From Lingula anatina (taxonomy: Eukaryota > Animalia > Brachiopoda): a stretch of 64,000 bases of DNA. Of this stretch, positions 63,418-64,000 are shown piece by piece. The notes beneath the pieces are model-generated. The model worked only from the letters and a program-made list of their open reading frames with translations. It searched no databases and was not told the origin of the DNA. How positions within the stretch are numbered: the stretch's first letter is position 1; each line of letters opens with the position of its first letter. Both the position numbers and the translations under genes were made by a program. The stretch spans positions 3,100,001 to 3,164,000 of the forward strand of contig CM120640.1 in the NCBI GenBank assembly GCA_051362555.1, given 5' to 3'.

Positions 63418-64000
63418 GATGTGCAGCTTTACACTTGTAGTTTCTTCAGTTCAGGGATTTCCTATAATCATTTTCTTTATTTTCCATAAGTTTACAAACA
63501 TATATTAACTGGCTGCATTAGAAATCACATGCTGATTAATGCAGTGGTCAGTAAAATGGGAAATCTTCACCTTTGTTTGACCAACCTTGTATTATAAAGG
63601 TTTTTGTACTTCACAGTCTGTTAACGCAAAGAACCTAAAATCAGACCATCAGACTTGGATTAGGGCGAGTCAAAGTACCACTCTATGATTGAGTTAACAG
63701 CCCCGCAATCTCTGGGGAATCATGGAAACAAATATGCCACCAGAACAGAATGAGGAAAATGACATTTTTCTTTCAACATGAGAAATATAATCCTGATGCT
63801 TTCTGGTAAGGACAGTGTATACATCAAGTTTAGAATAACAAGAACAACTTTCCCAAAGCCTTGGAAAAGAGAACAAATATCAGCAACCTGGAATTGGGGA
63901 TTATCACTACATCAATATGGGATATGGACGATGACAACAACACTGTATAAAATAATATAATTTCATTAACTTTTTAAATTAATGTTCAACTAAGAGAACT

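Noticed and set aside
1-64000. CRISPR arrays, operons, rRNA genes, autonomous transposase or RT ORFs
   Set aside because: None seen. The sequence is eukaryotic with only non-autonomous elements.

Overview
AT-rich, intron-containing animal DNA, most likely a marine invertebrate (mollusc or other lophotrochozoan; inferred from repeat content). Most ORFs in the track are spurious, so genes were rebuilt by hand from splice sites. The left half is a large diverged inverted duplication (arms ~219-13432 and ~16070-29850). Each arm carries an intact 9-exon GPI-anchored GH16 beta-1,3-glucanase/glucan-binding gene and an inward-facing exon 1 of a secreted two-repeat EF-hand gene. The only intact exons 2-3 of that gene lie in the ~2.6 kb spacer. 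Beyond the right arm are a 5'-truncated Hikeshi fragment and a frameshifted copy of EF-hand exons 2-3, consistent with tandem duplication followed by inversion. The right half holds SPDEF/Ets98B (-), a DRAM-family gene with a U12-type intron (-), and a single-Ig GPI-anchored protein gene (+). Many MITEs, a SINE and small transposon footprints are present, several confirmed by empty sites in the opposite arm.
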